DNA of 64,000 nucleotides from positions 16,005-80,004 of IMG/VR virus record IMGVR_UViG_3300047564_006544. One strand, given 5' to 3'. Both the position numbers and the translations under genes were made by a program. The notes beneath the pieces were generated by a model. That model did not search any database, had not been told where the DNA came from, and saw only the letters and a list, made by a program, of their open reading frames with translations. The stretch is from a virus. Below, piece after piece: positions 48,980-57,560 of the stretch (positions within the stretch are counted from its first letter, which is position 1; every line of letters starts with the position of its first letter).

Positions 48980-49909
48980 CTATGTAGTAGATTTTTCCCT
49001 GTTATAATAATTAATTAGTGCAAGATCTTTCTTCTTTGCCTCTACCATTACATCGACTTCCATTCCATAGGTATTGATTTCTTTTCTGATATAGTCAGAA
49101 TGTGCTTGTGGCTTGATCTTTGGATCGCCAACTTCTTCAGAAAGTGACTCTGAATAATGAATTACTGGTCTAATCCCTTCTGGCCATGTTGTAGCAGCAA
49201 GCCTCATAGCCTCCTCTTGTGTTAGTCCACCATCACAAAATAGATGATGGTGTTGGTCGTGAACAATAGGAATTCCGGTATGAGGGAAAAGATCCTCAAC
49301 AAGTTCTTTTGTGGAGTATAGCGATGGCTTATCATCATTTTCGACTGTAAGTCTTTTGCTTACAGACTCTGGCAATCTCTTAAAGTTTTTGATGAATCTA
49401 GCAACTGCAACTTCTTTTTCACCATATGCTCCACCAAGATGAATATTGATCTTTGCATCGTGTGTCTTTGGTAGACCAATTAGATCAAAAACTTCTCCAT
49501 GAATCTTAAGATCGGTAATTGTATTATTGACTACTGATTCTGACTCAGAACACAGCTTGTTGAATGGTCCTGGGTGACTAGTGATTCTAATTCCATTTTC
49601 TTTTGCAAACTCTCCTGCTTGCTTTAGTGCTAGGGAGATTTCTTTGTAATCCCTTAGGCTTTCAATCTCGTATTCAGATGCCCAAGGAAAAAGGTTTGAA
49701 GAAAGACGAAAGAAATAAATTTTATTTTCAACATTTGACTTCAGAATTGGAAGAAGGTCTCTACAATTCTGTAGTGCAAGCTCTGAAGCATAATTAACGC
49801 CCTTTTGATCAAAGGTCTTGCGGATCATTGTCCTGTTTGTTGTTGGCGCAGACTTGCCAAGCTTTTGTTCTAGAAAACTCGAAATACAGGCATAACCGTA
49901 GCGAACCAT
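48980..49909 (-). CDS. uvsE: UV damage repair endonuclease
   Basis: GYACI, FFRLSS, SHPG.F, NIHLGG, VENDD, D.HHH, HYSE, AHSDY, VEAK.KD; ATG 49909 with AGGAGG. Confidence 0.94.
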   Translation of the reverse strand: MVRYGYACISSFLEQKLGKSAPTTNRTMIRKTFDQKGVNYASELALQNCRDLLPILKSNVENKIYFFRLSSNLFPWASEYEIESLRDYKEISLALKQAGEFAKENGIRITSHPGPFNKLCSESESVVNNTITDLKIHGEVFDLIGLPKTHDAKINIHLGGAYGEKEVAVARFIKNFKRLPESVSKRLTVENDDKPSLYSTKELVEDLFPHTGIPIVHDQHHHLFCDGGLTQEEAMRLAATTWPEGIRPVIHYSESLSEEVGDPKIKPQAHSDYIRKEINTYGMEVDVMVEAKKKDLALINYYNREKSTT

Positions 49910-49928
49910 GCTACCTCCTTGCCTCAAT

Positions 49929-49957
49929 AAGCTAATCACGGTGGGGCCATTCGTCTA
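49929..49957 (-). promoter_or_regulatory. Sigma70-type promoter (class A) for uvsE
   Basis: TAGACG-17nt(ending cGTGat)-TAGCTT. Confidence 0.5.
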
Positions 49958-49996
49958 TAGTTCGTTTAAAAACTATGAATTTTTTTTCTATTAAGC

Positions 49997-50545
49997 GTGA
50001 AACCCTCAAAACATAATCATCCTTTTTTAAACGAAATAAACCATAGGGTTGAGGTAATAGGACTTGTAAATTCTTTTTTAGAAAGAAATTTTAAATTAAA
50101 AATAGGTCAAGCTTTAATTGGTCATCTATTTTTTGGACAAAGAGCATTTTCTATACCTGGCAGGGATATAGGCTTTATATATGGAGAGGAAACAAAATAT
50201 TATCCAGAAAATTTTGAAGAAACTATATTTCCTGGACCAATAATCTTGATTGATGAAACGGGATTATCTTTTGATATTGGAATCGGAGAAATATTAAAAG
50301 ATGATATTGGTTTTTATTTTAAAAATATATTGATAAATATTAAAATATTAAAAAATAATCCAAATGATCTTGATTGTTTTTTGGGTGATAAATTTTTTAT
50401 TCAAATATATAAAATAGATAATTATGGATTGTTAAAAGAGATTGATTTAAAAACTTTTTTAGAACAAAAAAAATTGTGCTCAGATTTTATTCTAAGCACA
50501 ATCTTCTTTAATTTAGAAAAGCTTTCCGGTTCTATTTCCGTATGA
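49997..50545 (+). CDS. Hypothetical protein
   Basis: 182-aa ORF, GTG start, very AT-rich. Confidence 0.55.
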   Translation: MKPSKHNHPFLNEINHRVEVIGLVNSFLERNFKLKIGQALIGHLFFGQRAFSIPGRDIGFIYGEETKYYPENFEETIFPGPIILIDETGLSFDIGIGEILKDDIGFYFKNILINIKILKNNPNDLDCFLGDKFFIQIYKIDNYGLLKEIDLKTFLEQKKLCSDFILSTIFFNLEKLSGSISV

Positions 50546-50755
50546 TGAAATACCATATCTTTCTTTATTGATTGGTTTTGGCTTCCAATCTGCCCAATCA
50601 TCTAGATATTTATCTGGAATTTGAGATATGTCCTCTACTTTTCTGCAATATGTAAATTTATCTTCTTCAAATTTTTCAAACCAAAAACCACCAAAAATAA
50701 AAAACTGATCTCTTATTTCTGGACCTTTTCTCTTTTTTCTATCTAAAAGTGCCAT
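50513..50755 (-). CDS. Hypothetical protein
   Basis: 80 aa, GAGG SD. Confidence 0.6.
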   Translation of the reverse strand: MALLDRKKRKGPEIRDQFFIFGGFWFEKFEEDKFTYCRKVEDISQIPDKYLDDWADWKPKPINKERYGISSYGNRTGKLF

Positions 50756-50762
50756 TTTAACC

Positions 50763-50933
50763 TCATTCTTCTTCTGCTTTTATTAAGAATTTTTCAGAAT
50801 AGCTGACTACTTTTATTATACCAGATTGGCTTTTCAAACCAACCAAATTTGTTTCGCCAGAATCGTCAATCCATTCTACCGTAAAAAACTCTTCAGAATA
50901 AAGAACTATATCTCCTACTTTTATTTTCTTCAT
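50763..50933 (-). CDS. Small SH3/KOW-like protein (56 aa, not in ORF track)
   Basis: MKKIKVGDIVLY... Confidence 0.55.
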   Translation of the reverse strand: MKKIKVGDIVLYSEEFFTVEWIDDSGETNLVGLKSQSGIIKVVSYSEKFLIKAEEE

Positions 50934-50976
50934 TTGGAATCCCTGCTATTATTTTTTTATTTAATAGAGGAATTTT

Positions 50977-51726
50977 ATGGATAAAATAAAGAAGGGCCTT
51001 GGCTATATAAATATTATAGTATCAACTCTTATTTTAATCATTTTTAGCAAAGAGCTTTTAATTCCAAAAGACGGTCCAATTAGTATATTGGAAGAAAAAA
51101 GAAATTTTGCAGAAAAAAGAACTCTTCTAATAGAGTGGAAGACGGCAAGCTGGAGCGGCGTTTTATTTAAATCAGACAATAAATCTTCAAAAATTCTAAC
51201 GATAATACATGAAGATTCTATGAAAAAAATAAAAGAATCTGGAGATATAAGTCTAAAGATTTCAGATCGTGAAGGAAAAACTCATACTGCATCAATAAAA
51301 GCTTGGAACAATTGTAATGAGCTGGCTCTTTTAGAAATTTCTAGTGGATATACTGATTATACTAGTCCAATACATATGGAAAATAAACAGGAGAATTTAT
51401 CACAAGGTTTATTTTCATTTGGTCATCCACTTGGTCTAAACTTACATTATTCAGAAGGATATCTTAGTTCTACTGGAAATAAAATAAAACCATGTGGAAT
51501 GGTAACAAACGGATTTTCTGGAGGAACAGTACCTGGTCAGACAGGTTCAGGCGTTTGGAATAAAAATGGAGAGCTTGCTGGATTGATAGTTGCAACATCT
51601 GCAATGCCAGTAAAGTCATATGACTCAAGCGGAAATCAGTCAGGTGTTTCTGTCATTCCTGTTACATTTCTTGGAAGATTTGTTCCGGCATCAGAAATAA
51701 AAATATTTTTAAAAAAACTACTTTAG
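50977..51726 (+). CDS. Membrane-anchored trypsin-like (HtrA-type) protease homolog with altered triad
   Basis: ILTIIH, NELALL, FGHPLG, SEGYLS, PGQTGSGVWN.NGELAGL. Confidence 0.8.
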   Translation: MDKIKKGLGYINIIVSTLILIIFSKELLIPKDGPISILEEKRNFAEKRTLLIEWKTASWSGVLFKSDNKSSKILTIIHEDSMKKIKESGDISLKISDREGKTHTASIKAWNNCNELALLEISSGYTDYTSPIHMENKQENLSQGLFSFGHPLGLNLHYSEGYLSSTGNKIKPCGMVTNGFSGGTVPGQTGSGVWNKNGELAGLIVATSAMPVKSYDSSGNQSGVSVIPVTFLGRFVPASEIKIFLKKLL

Positions 51727-51936
51727 TGGCTTTGAGTTTAAATCATAAAGATAAACTATAACGTAATAATTTAATTGCTCTGCATAATTTAAAATATAAT
51801 CTATATTTTCTGATTCAAAACCTTTTATTATGCGTTGTTCTTCTGATAAATTTAATTTAGAAAATATTTCAATTACAGCATCACATTGAGCCGTACCACT
51901 ATATAATCTATGGTCTATTACTTTTTTTATCATCAA
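51718..51936 (-). CDS. Hypothetical protein
   Basis: 72-aa ORF. Confidence 0.5.
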   Translation of the reverse strand: MMIKKVIDHRLYSGTAQCDAVIEIFSKLNLSEEQRIIKGFESENIDYILNYAEQLNYYVIVYLYDLNSKPLK

Positions 51937-52078
51937 AATTAAAATAACATATTATTAGAAATAATAAATTAATTATTACAAATATTGTCCATGCCGTCCA
52001 AAATCTTTTTTTATCAATAATAATCCAAAATATGGTTCCAAATATTGGATTAAGTATTTCAAATAAAAGATCTTCCAC
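51908..52078 (-). CDS. Small membrane protein (56 aa, not in ORF track)
   Basis: GTG start overlapping upstream TAG; two hydrophobic segments. Confidence 0.45.
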   Translation of the reverse strand: MEDLLFEILNPIFGTIFWIIIDKKRFWTAWTIFVIINLLFLIICYFNFDDKKSNRP

Positions 52079-52245
52079 TACATCCTATCTGTTATTATAA
52101 ACTCTAAAAGATTTTCAGGAACATAAAGCTCTTCTTTTTCTACACCAATCCAATCAACTGGATAAACTCGATATAGTGTTCCAACTTTTTCTAGAACATT
52201 TACTAAGATCCATGATTTATCAGGACAAATATATCTAGCTTGCAT
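52078..52245 (-). CDS. Small hypothetical protein (55 aa, not in ORF track)
   Basis: MQARYICPDKSWILVNV...; AGGAG SD. Confidence 0.6.
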   Translation of the reverse strand: MQARYICPDKSWILVNVLEKVGTLYRVYPVDWIGVEKEELYVPENLLEFIITDRM

Positions 52246-52246
52246 T

Positions 52247-52558
52247 CTACTCTCCTTTCTTAAGATCTATTAGTGCTTTTGCTAGCAGGCTCATTCCTTG
52301 AGCCTTTCTTTTATCTAATTCTTCAAAATATTCTGAAAGGCTCATCCCAAGTATTTGTAATGATTCAGACTCCATTATTCCAAATATTGAATTTGAAGAA
52401 TTAAATTTTACAAGAATTCCGTTGTTTAATTTCTTTTTTATTTCAAATTTAGAGCCAGCAGGAAACCTGGGATTTTTTCTTTCTGTTGGAATAAGAAAGC
52501 CACGAGATCCAAGCGGAAGGACTGAGCAATTTACAAGAATTTCATTTAGCTTATTCAT
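52247..52558 (-). CDS. Hypothetical protein
   Basis: 103-aa ORF. Confidence 0.6.
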   Translation of the reverse strand: MNKLNEILVNCSVLPLGSRGFLIPTERKNPRFPAGSKFEIKKKLNNGILVKFNSSNSIFGIMESESLQILGMSLSEYFEELDKRKAQGMSLLAKALIDLKKGE

Positions 52559-52597
52559 TTTGTTCTGCCTAAAAAAATAATACTAAAAAAAGAAGAG

Positions 52598-52626
52598 CCA
52601 CCAAGAGGTTTTATTTCTTGGTGGCA
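52598..52626 (-). terminator. Intrinsic terminator
   Basis: GCCACCAAGA...TCTTGGTGGC followed by T tract on minus strand. Confidence 0.75.
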
Positions 52627-52645
52627 AAACTTACTTATAAGTAAG

Positions 52646-52759
52646 TTACTCTGCGCTATCTACAACAGATGTGCTGTCTGAGCTATCGCCCTTGTCTGCT
52701 GTACAAGCTGCGAGTGTTGCTACTGCTGCTACTAAAACCATGGTTACTAACTTTTTCAT
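52646..52759 (-). CDS. 37-aa lipoprotein (not in ORF track)
   Basis: MKKLVTMVLVAAVATLAA-CTADKGDSSDSTSVVDSAE; lipobox LAAC; GAGGAG SD. Confidence 0.75.
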   Translation of the reverse strand: MKKLVTMVLVAAVATLAACTADKGDSSDSTSVVDSAE

Positions 52760-52998
52760 TTTGTCTCCTCAATATTTTTTTGATCTTTTTTTACAATAAT
52801 TTTCCATATTTTTGGCCACCCTAACTCAAAACAAAAATGAGTTATATAACCAATAATATTAGAGACTATAGTCATTCCTATTACCACTTTTATTGAATGA
52901 AAATAAATATAATTTATAAGCATTGAGAGTGGTATTGAAAATACTATTCTCCATATTAGAACTTTCCAAAATATTTCTTTTTCAGAGGAATGTTTCAC
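52756..52998 (-). CDS. DUF2061-like small membrane protein
   Basis: KVLIWRIV...HFCFELGW, two hydrophobic helices. Confidence 0.55.
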   Translation of the reverse strand: MKHSSEKEIFWKVLIWRIVFSIPLSMLINYIYFHSIKVVIGMTIVSNIIGYITHFCFELGWPKIWKIIVKKDQKNIEETK

Positions 52999-53069
52999 TC
53001 TATATAAAAAAATATTAGTCGGTGTCGTCCGACCAACGCTGACATTTTAATTCTTCAGTGAAGTATTTT

Positions 53070-53336
53070 TTACTGAGCTGCAGTTGAGCTTGAAGAGCTG
53101 CTGCTTGACTGAGTTGCTGGGGCTGTAGTCACAGTTGAGGTGGTTCCAGCGGTGCTCTCAGTGGTAGAGGTTACTACTGAAGTGGTTCCTGCTGCATCAG
53201 TGGTTGCGGTTGCCTCGGTTGTTACTGCAGTTGTCTCAGTTGAAGTTGGTGTGGTTGCAGCCTCAGTTGTGGCTGGAGCCTCTACCTTCTCTGCTGTTGA
53301 GCAAGCAAGTAGTGCAGATAGTACTAATGTTAACAT
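53070..53336 (-). CDS. Thr/Ser/Ala-rich low-complexity lipoprotein
   Basis: MLTLVLSALLA-C lipobox; ATG 53336 with AGGAG. Confidence 0.75.
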   Translation of the reverse strand: MLTLVLSALLACSTAEKVEAPATTEAATTPTSTETTAVTTEATATTDAAGTTSVVTSTTESTAGTTSTVTTAPATQSSSSSSSSTAAQ

Positions 53337-53394
53337 TTTAACTCCTATTTTGTCGTTTAAATCGCTGCAACGATGAATTTCGTTGGGCAGCATA

Positions 53395-53423
53395 ATAATA
53401 CCCTTGTCGGGTAATCCTGTCTA
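53395..53423 (-). promoter_or_regulatory. Sigma70-type promoter
   Basis: TAGACA-17nt-TATTAT. Confidence 0.6.
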
Positions 53424-53430
53424 AAAATTC

Positions 53431-53649
53431 TTATATCCTTTTTTGATCTGGATTATAAAAGACTACTGTTCTCCAGCCCTCGTAATTTAAAGGAATAAGC
53501 TTTCTAATTTCTTCTGATATTTCTTTTCCTTGAACATAAATCTCCAATATAGAGCCACCATCATCAGAAGATATTTTGGTTACAATGTCTTTATCACCAA
53601 ATTCTCCTAATATTAATTTTTCTATTTCTTCTGGTGATGGTTTTTTCAA
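53431..53649 (-). CDS. Hypothetical protein
   Basis: 72-aa ORF. Confidence 0.55.
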   Translation of the reverse strand: MKKPSPEEIEKLILGEFGDKDIVTKISSDDGGSILEIYVQGKEISEEIRKLIPLNYEGWRTVVFYNPDQKRI

Positions 53650-53915
53650 ACCGTAAATACCTTTATTTTGTGTGCTATTATTTTTTCGCCTTGCTCCAAC
53701 TTTATTTTAACAGGCTCTGCCTCATACTGTTTTAATAAAACTATTATTGGTGAATTTGATTTTTGATCAAAAAAAACTTCAACCAATTTTCCCTTTATAT
53801 TTTGGCCAAAGGAATCTTTTATAGATATTTCTATAAAATCTGAGTCATCTAAAGATGATCTTAATTTCTCAACAAAGGCTTCTGATTTTGAGCTTATAAT
53901 TTTTTCTAACTTCAT
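53646..53915 (-). CDS. Hypothetical protein
   Basis: 89-aa ORF. Confidence 0.55.
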   Translation of the reverse strand: MKLEKIISSKSEAFVEKLRSSLDDSDFIEISIKDSFGQNIKGKLVEVFFDQKSNSPIIVLLKQYEAEPVKIKLEQGEKIIAHKIKVFTV

Positions 53916-53982
53916 GCTAGTGAAAAAAGATATAAATAGAAAATTGATATGCTAATAATATTTTCTTAAATTGGAGGTTAAT

Positions 53983-54165
53983 ATGTCAGAGCAGGTTAAA
54001 ATAAAAATTCCATTTGGTAAAGTTGCTGCATTTGCCGCAAGCCTAGTAGTAAAAGCTCGTGGTGGATTCACCAAAGAAGAGGGTCACCAGATTCTAGCTG
54101 AGTTCATGGAGCTTCTTGCTGACGTTCTTGTTGAAAACGCTGGTGCAGTAGCCGGAAAAAAGTAA
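53983..54165 (+). CDS. Small hypothetical protein
   Basis: ATG 53983 with GGAGG; terminator immediately downstream. Confidence 0.7.
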   Translation: MSEQVKIKIPFGKVAAFAASLVVKARGGFTKEEGHQILAEFMELLADVLVENAGAVAGKK

Positions 54166-54182
54166 TTTTATAAAATAAAATT

Positions 54183-54206
54183 GGAGGGCTTATGCCCTCC
54201 TTTTTT
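54183..54206. terminator. Intrinsic terminator between convergent genes
   Basis: GGAGGGC-ttat-GCCCTCC-TTTTTT. Confidence 0.8.
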
Positions 54207-54207
54207 A

Positions 54208-54480
54208 TTAGCTCAATCTCTGAATTTCTCTCTGAATATACCAGAGAGCTTTTTGTAAATCCTCTACTTCTGTACCTTTATCTTTTAGTCCTGCTCTTGC
54301 AATATATTTTATTGCATTACCTCTACTGAAGTTTAGGCTCCAATCTTCAATGGCATCAATAACTTCAATTTTTCCTGAGTTATAATGGGCAGGATGATCT
54401 ACCTTGGCTGATTCCTTGCTGCTTTTTTGCACTACCTTTTTTTGTGAGCTATCATCTTCAAAAATATCATCTGAAGCCAT
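54208..54480 (-). CDS. DUF3310 (SaV-like) protein
   Basis: VDHPAHY..G.IEVID...GNAIKYIARAG.K...EDLQKALWY. Confidence 0.9.
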   Translation of the reverse strand: MASDDIFEDDSSQKKVVQKSSKESAKVDHPAHYNSGKIEVIDAIEDWSLNFSRGNAIKYIARAGLKDKGTEVEDLQKALWYIQREIQRLS

Positions 54481-54533
54481 TTTGCACCTCTAGATTGATA
54501 TTACCATCAAAAAAGAAGCCCCTTATATAAATA

Positions 54534-56048
54534 TTAATTTATTGATTCTTTCATTATTTTAAATGCTTCTGATGGTGTAGATGGTGGCGGATCTTCTTTT
54601 GATAGTGCATTTAATATTGGCTTTACATCCTCTGGAGTAAGTTCTTTTATTCTTGTTCCTGTCAAGTGAACTATATATTTTTGAATCATTTCTTTATCAG
54701 GATATTTCATTACAGAGTTTGGTGATATTGTATCCTGCTCAATATCTATATGAGTTGGATCATCTGGAAGCAGTATTCCTCTCGCGGCAAGAAGACTTCC
54801 TATTCTATCTATAATTATTCCTTTTTTATTTTCAGGCTGATCGACTCCTGTCCAGCCAGAAATTTCTTTTGCAAAAAGATCAGAAGATAAGTTTCCAGAT
54901 TCATCTTTTATGTTTGATATAAACTGCCTGAGATTTTTTCTTCCAAAATTAAAAGAAAGTCTTGTCAGGGAATCATACATACCTCTTGTTATTGGCGTAT
55001 CGCTATTTACTCCAACCTCATCAATTGTATGCCTTATGATATCATCAACTTTTACTCTGTTTGCATCCTCTTCGCTTATTCCTTTTTTCCACTTAATTTC
55101 TCTTCCATTTTTAAGAGTAATTACGCCTGAGCTAAGCTCCTCTGGAGTTAGCTTATGACCATATCCAATTGTCCATCCGACGCTTGTCTTGTCCTTATCT
55201 CTTGGCCATACCAATGACTTATCATCATTGTATACGTTTTTCTTGTATCCCTCATCTGTCTTTAGGCTACTTATTGCAATATCGGACATATCCATTCCGC
55301 CGACCGTGCCAACTTCATCTACAAAGTATTCTTTGCCTATTCTTCTTGCAAATTTTGCCATAACCTCTTTTAGATCTGGATAAGCAACTTCTGCTCGATT
55401 TGTATGAGGAAATAATTCTGATTGCTTTAGCTGCAAACCAGATTCTTCAAATACAAGATTTGGATTATATTCTTTTAAAAATTCAATAATTATATCTTTT
55501 TTGTTTTCAACTTGTATATTTGGATATAATTGATTTATTATATCATCAGTTTGTGTTCCGATTGGAAACTGTTGTTTTAGCTTTGTTAAGTTTGGAGATT
55601 CTTCAAGAGAAAAATCTGCAATTGCCTCTTCAATTTTTTCTTTTCCGCCAAAATTATATGCAGCACCACCAATAAGACTCAATCCAAGGAAGGCTCCAAG
55701 AAGCATTGATTTTATGCTGTTCTTTATAGCAGCAGCTTCTTTTCTGAATCCAAATCCTTGTAGCGCAGCCTTTGCTGCTTTTAGCTTTGAAAGCTTTTTC
55801 TTTAGGACTTCGCTTCTTTCCCCATAATCAAGATTCTTTCTAAAGAACTGAGGAACATCACCTTGTCCACCGCGAGGAAAAACATGATTATCGTCAGAAG
55901 AATTTTCATGTTTAAAATACTCAATCTGGCGAAGTCTTTTTTTTGCACTGCTCATTGAGCTATATGTTCCCATGTTTTTTCCTTTTTCAGAATAAACACG
56001 GAATTTGTTAGGGCCTATTTTTTTAATATAAGATTCTTTGATAAACAT
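54534..56048 (-). CDS. Modular protein with GH24 phage lysozyme domain
   Basis: DEG....YND...WTIGYGH...SFNFG; preceded by basic module, hydrophobic helix and LysM-like segment ending in YNP. Confidence 0.8.
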   Translation of the reverse strand: MFIKESYIKKIGPNKFRVYSEKGKNMGTYSSMSSAKKRLRQIEYFKHENSSDDNHVFPRGGQGDVPQFFRKNLDYGERSEVLKKKLSKLKAAKAALQGFGFRKEAAAIKNSIKSMLLGAFLGLSLIGGAAYNFGGKEKIEEAIADFSLEESPNLTKLKQQFPIGTQTDDIINQLYPNIQVENKKDIIIEFLKEYNPNLVFEESGLQLKQSELFPHTNRAEVAYPDLKEVMAKFARRIGKEYFVDEVGTVGGMDMSDIAISSLKTDEGYKKNVYNDDKSLVWPRDKDKTSVGWTIGYGHKLTPEELSSGVITLKNGREIKWKKGISEEDANRVKVDDIIRHTIDEVGVNSDTPITRGMYDSLTRLSFNFGRKNLRQFISNIKDESGNLSSDLFAKEISGWTGVDQPENKKGIIIDRIGSLLAARGILLPDDPTHIDIEQDTISPNSVMKYPDKEMIQKYIVHLTGTRIKELTPEDVKPILNALSKEDPPPSTPSEAFKIMKESIN

Positions 56049-56074
56049 GCCCTATTTTGAAAAAGTAATAGAAA

Positions 56075-56100
56075 AGGCGGGAAGTTTTTTCTTCCCGCCT
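56075..56100 (-). terminator. Intrinsic terminator
   Basis: AGGCGGGAAG...CTTCCCGCCT then TTT on minus strand. Confidence 0.75.
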
Positions 56101-56109
56101 ATCTATTGG

Positions 56110-57072
56110 TTAGTAGCGATAGCGTCCTTTCCAATCGCTATAATCACCATCCTTCCTTGCTATACACTGCTCAACCAAGCGATTAAGACCAAGCTTTGAT
56201 GCTACAGGAGCAGCAAACATTAGGTCTTGACGCTTTAGGTGTGGAAGGATCATCTGTTGAACACCATAATCTTCACAGGAAGCAAACTTTCCAATTACAG
56301 ATTGTGGATAAGCAATTCGCTCTGTAATCATTTCATCTGGAAGTGATAGACGCTTTGTCTCCTCAATTCTTCTTGTAAAAATTCTTACAACTGACTGCTT
56401 GTTCTTTGCATGACCCGAGGAAACAAGCTCAGAGATAATATCCTCTGGAAATACACTACACTTCTCTGCAGAAGAAATAATATGATCCCTTTTGTCGGTA
56501 TATCCCTTGCTTCTTTCAACCCTAGACCACACCATAGAATAAAAGTCAGAGTCTTTTGATCTGGCAAGACCAGAATCTGTCCAGAACCTAACATTCTCCT
56601 TGTTATTCTCAATATAAGCTTGAGTTAGCCGCTTTGTATAATCAATTTCAAAGTTAGGATCATCAAGCAGAGTTGAGATATTTACCTTTGCTTGCTTTAT
56701 CTCAACTGAATCAGAATCATCTGGAAGCTTATTCCAAACATCTGTCAAGATGCCCTTAATAAACTCCTTATTTTCTGCACCAATTCCATTCTTAAATTTT
56801 GGAGAATAATAATCAGACCAGGTGTAGTATCGACAATAAAGCTCAAAGATTGAGCCTCTATTATCATAAAAGTTATTCCAAGTCCAAGCAAGAGCATTTG
56901 GATTCATCAAAATAGCAAATTCATTACCTCGCTCTCCTCGAGTATAATAGCTGTTATTATCACAAAAAATACTCTTAGCAGATGCTTTAAAAAGATCCAT
57001 TAGGGTTTGATGATCTGGCTGCCAATCAGAATCAACAGAAACAGTAGACAGAATATCCTTAAGTTGCGACAT
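56110..57072 (-). CDS. Helical hypothetical protein (possible distant paralog of 39728-40612)
   Basis: 320 aa; AGGAG SD; similar C-terminal helical pattern. Confidence 0.7.
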   Translation of the reverse strand: MSQLKDILSTVSVDSDWQPDHQTLMDLFKASAKSIFCDNNSYYTRGERGNEFAILMNPNALAWTWNNFYDNRGSIFELYCRYYTWSDYYSPKFKNGIGAENKEFIKGILTDVWNKLPDDSDSVEIKQAKVNISTLLDDPNFEIDYTKRLTQAYIENNKENVRFWTDSGLARSKDSDFYSMVWSRVERSKGYTDKRDHIISSAEKCSVFPEDIISELVSSGHAKNKQSVVRIFTRRIEETKRLSLPDEMITERIAYPQSVIGKFASCEDYGVQQMILPHLKRQDLMFAAPVASKLGLNRLVEQCIARKDGDYSDWKGRYRY

Positions 57073-57080
57073 TTATACTC

Positions 57081-57459
57081 CTAATAGTTAAGAATTTCCT
57101 TTACCCAATTACCATCAGCATCAACATAATGAATCCTCTTGATTCCCGCACGACGAATATGGGTCATGCAGTATCGACAAGGACGAGAAATGCAAAGAGA
57201 ACCATCCTTTCTGAAGCGAGCAACCCAAAGAACGTCCCTTGAATTAGCCCTTGCCTTCTCAATTGCCTGCATTTCAGCATGACAGCAATAGGCAACTTCC
57301 TTCTTATCTGCAAAGAATCTACGAAACTTAGGAGAGGACTTCTCTCCGTTCGTTCCGTAAATGACGGTATTGCCTCGTGGAATCCACGCAATAAGATGAA
57401 ATGGCTGACCGTTAGAAAGAGCAGTTTCGCGAAGAAACTCCTAGAGACACCCTAGGCAT
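57081..57459 (-). CDS. Zinc-dependent cytidine/dCMP-type deaminase, interrupted by a +1 frameshift near the 5' end
   Basis: Frame open from 57440: EFLRETALSNGQPFHLIAWI...CCHAEMQA...RPCRYC; the SD-led ATG (57459) is 1 nt out of frame. Confidence 0.8.
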
Positions 57460-57492
57460 GAAAACCTCCTTATATCGTTGAGCACCATGCTC

Positions 57493-57526
57493 CCCTATAA
57501 TGTACGCACCGCGAGGAAAAGGTCAA
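57493..57526 (-). promoter_or_regulatory. Sigma70-type promoter (class A) for deaminase operon
   Basis: TTGACC-16nt(ending cGGTGcg)-TACATT-ATAGGG. Confidence 0.65.
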
Positions 57527-57560
57527 TTGATGAAGTAAAATTTTTTATATTAAGAAGATA

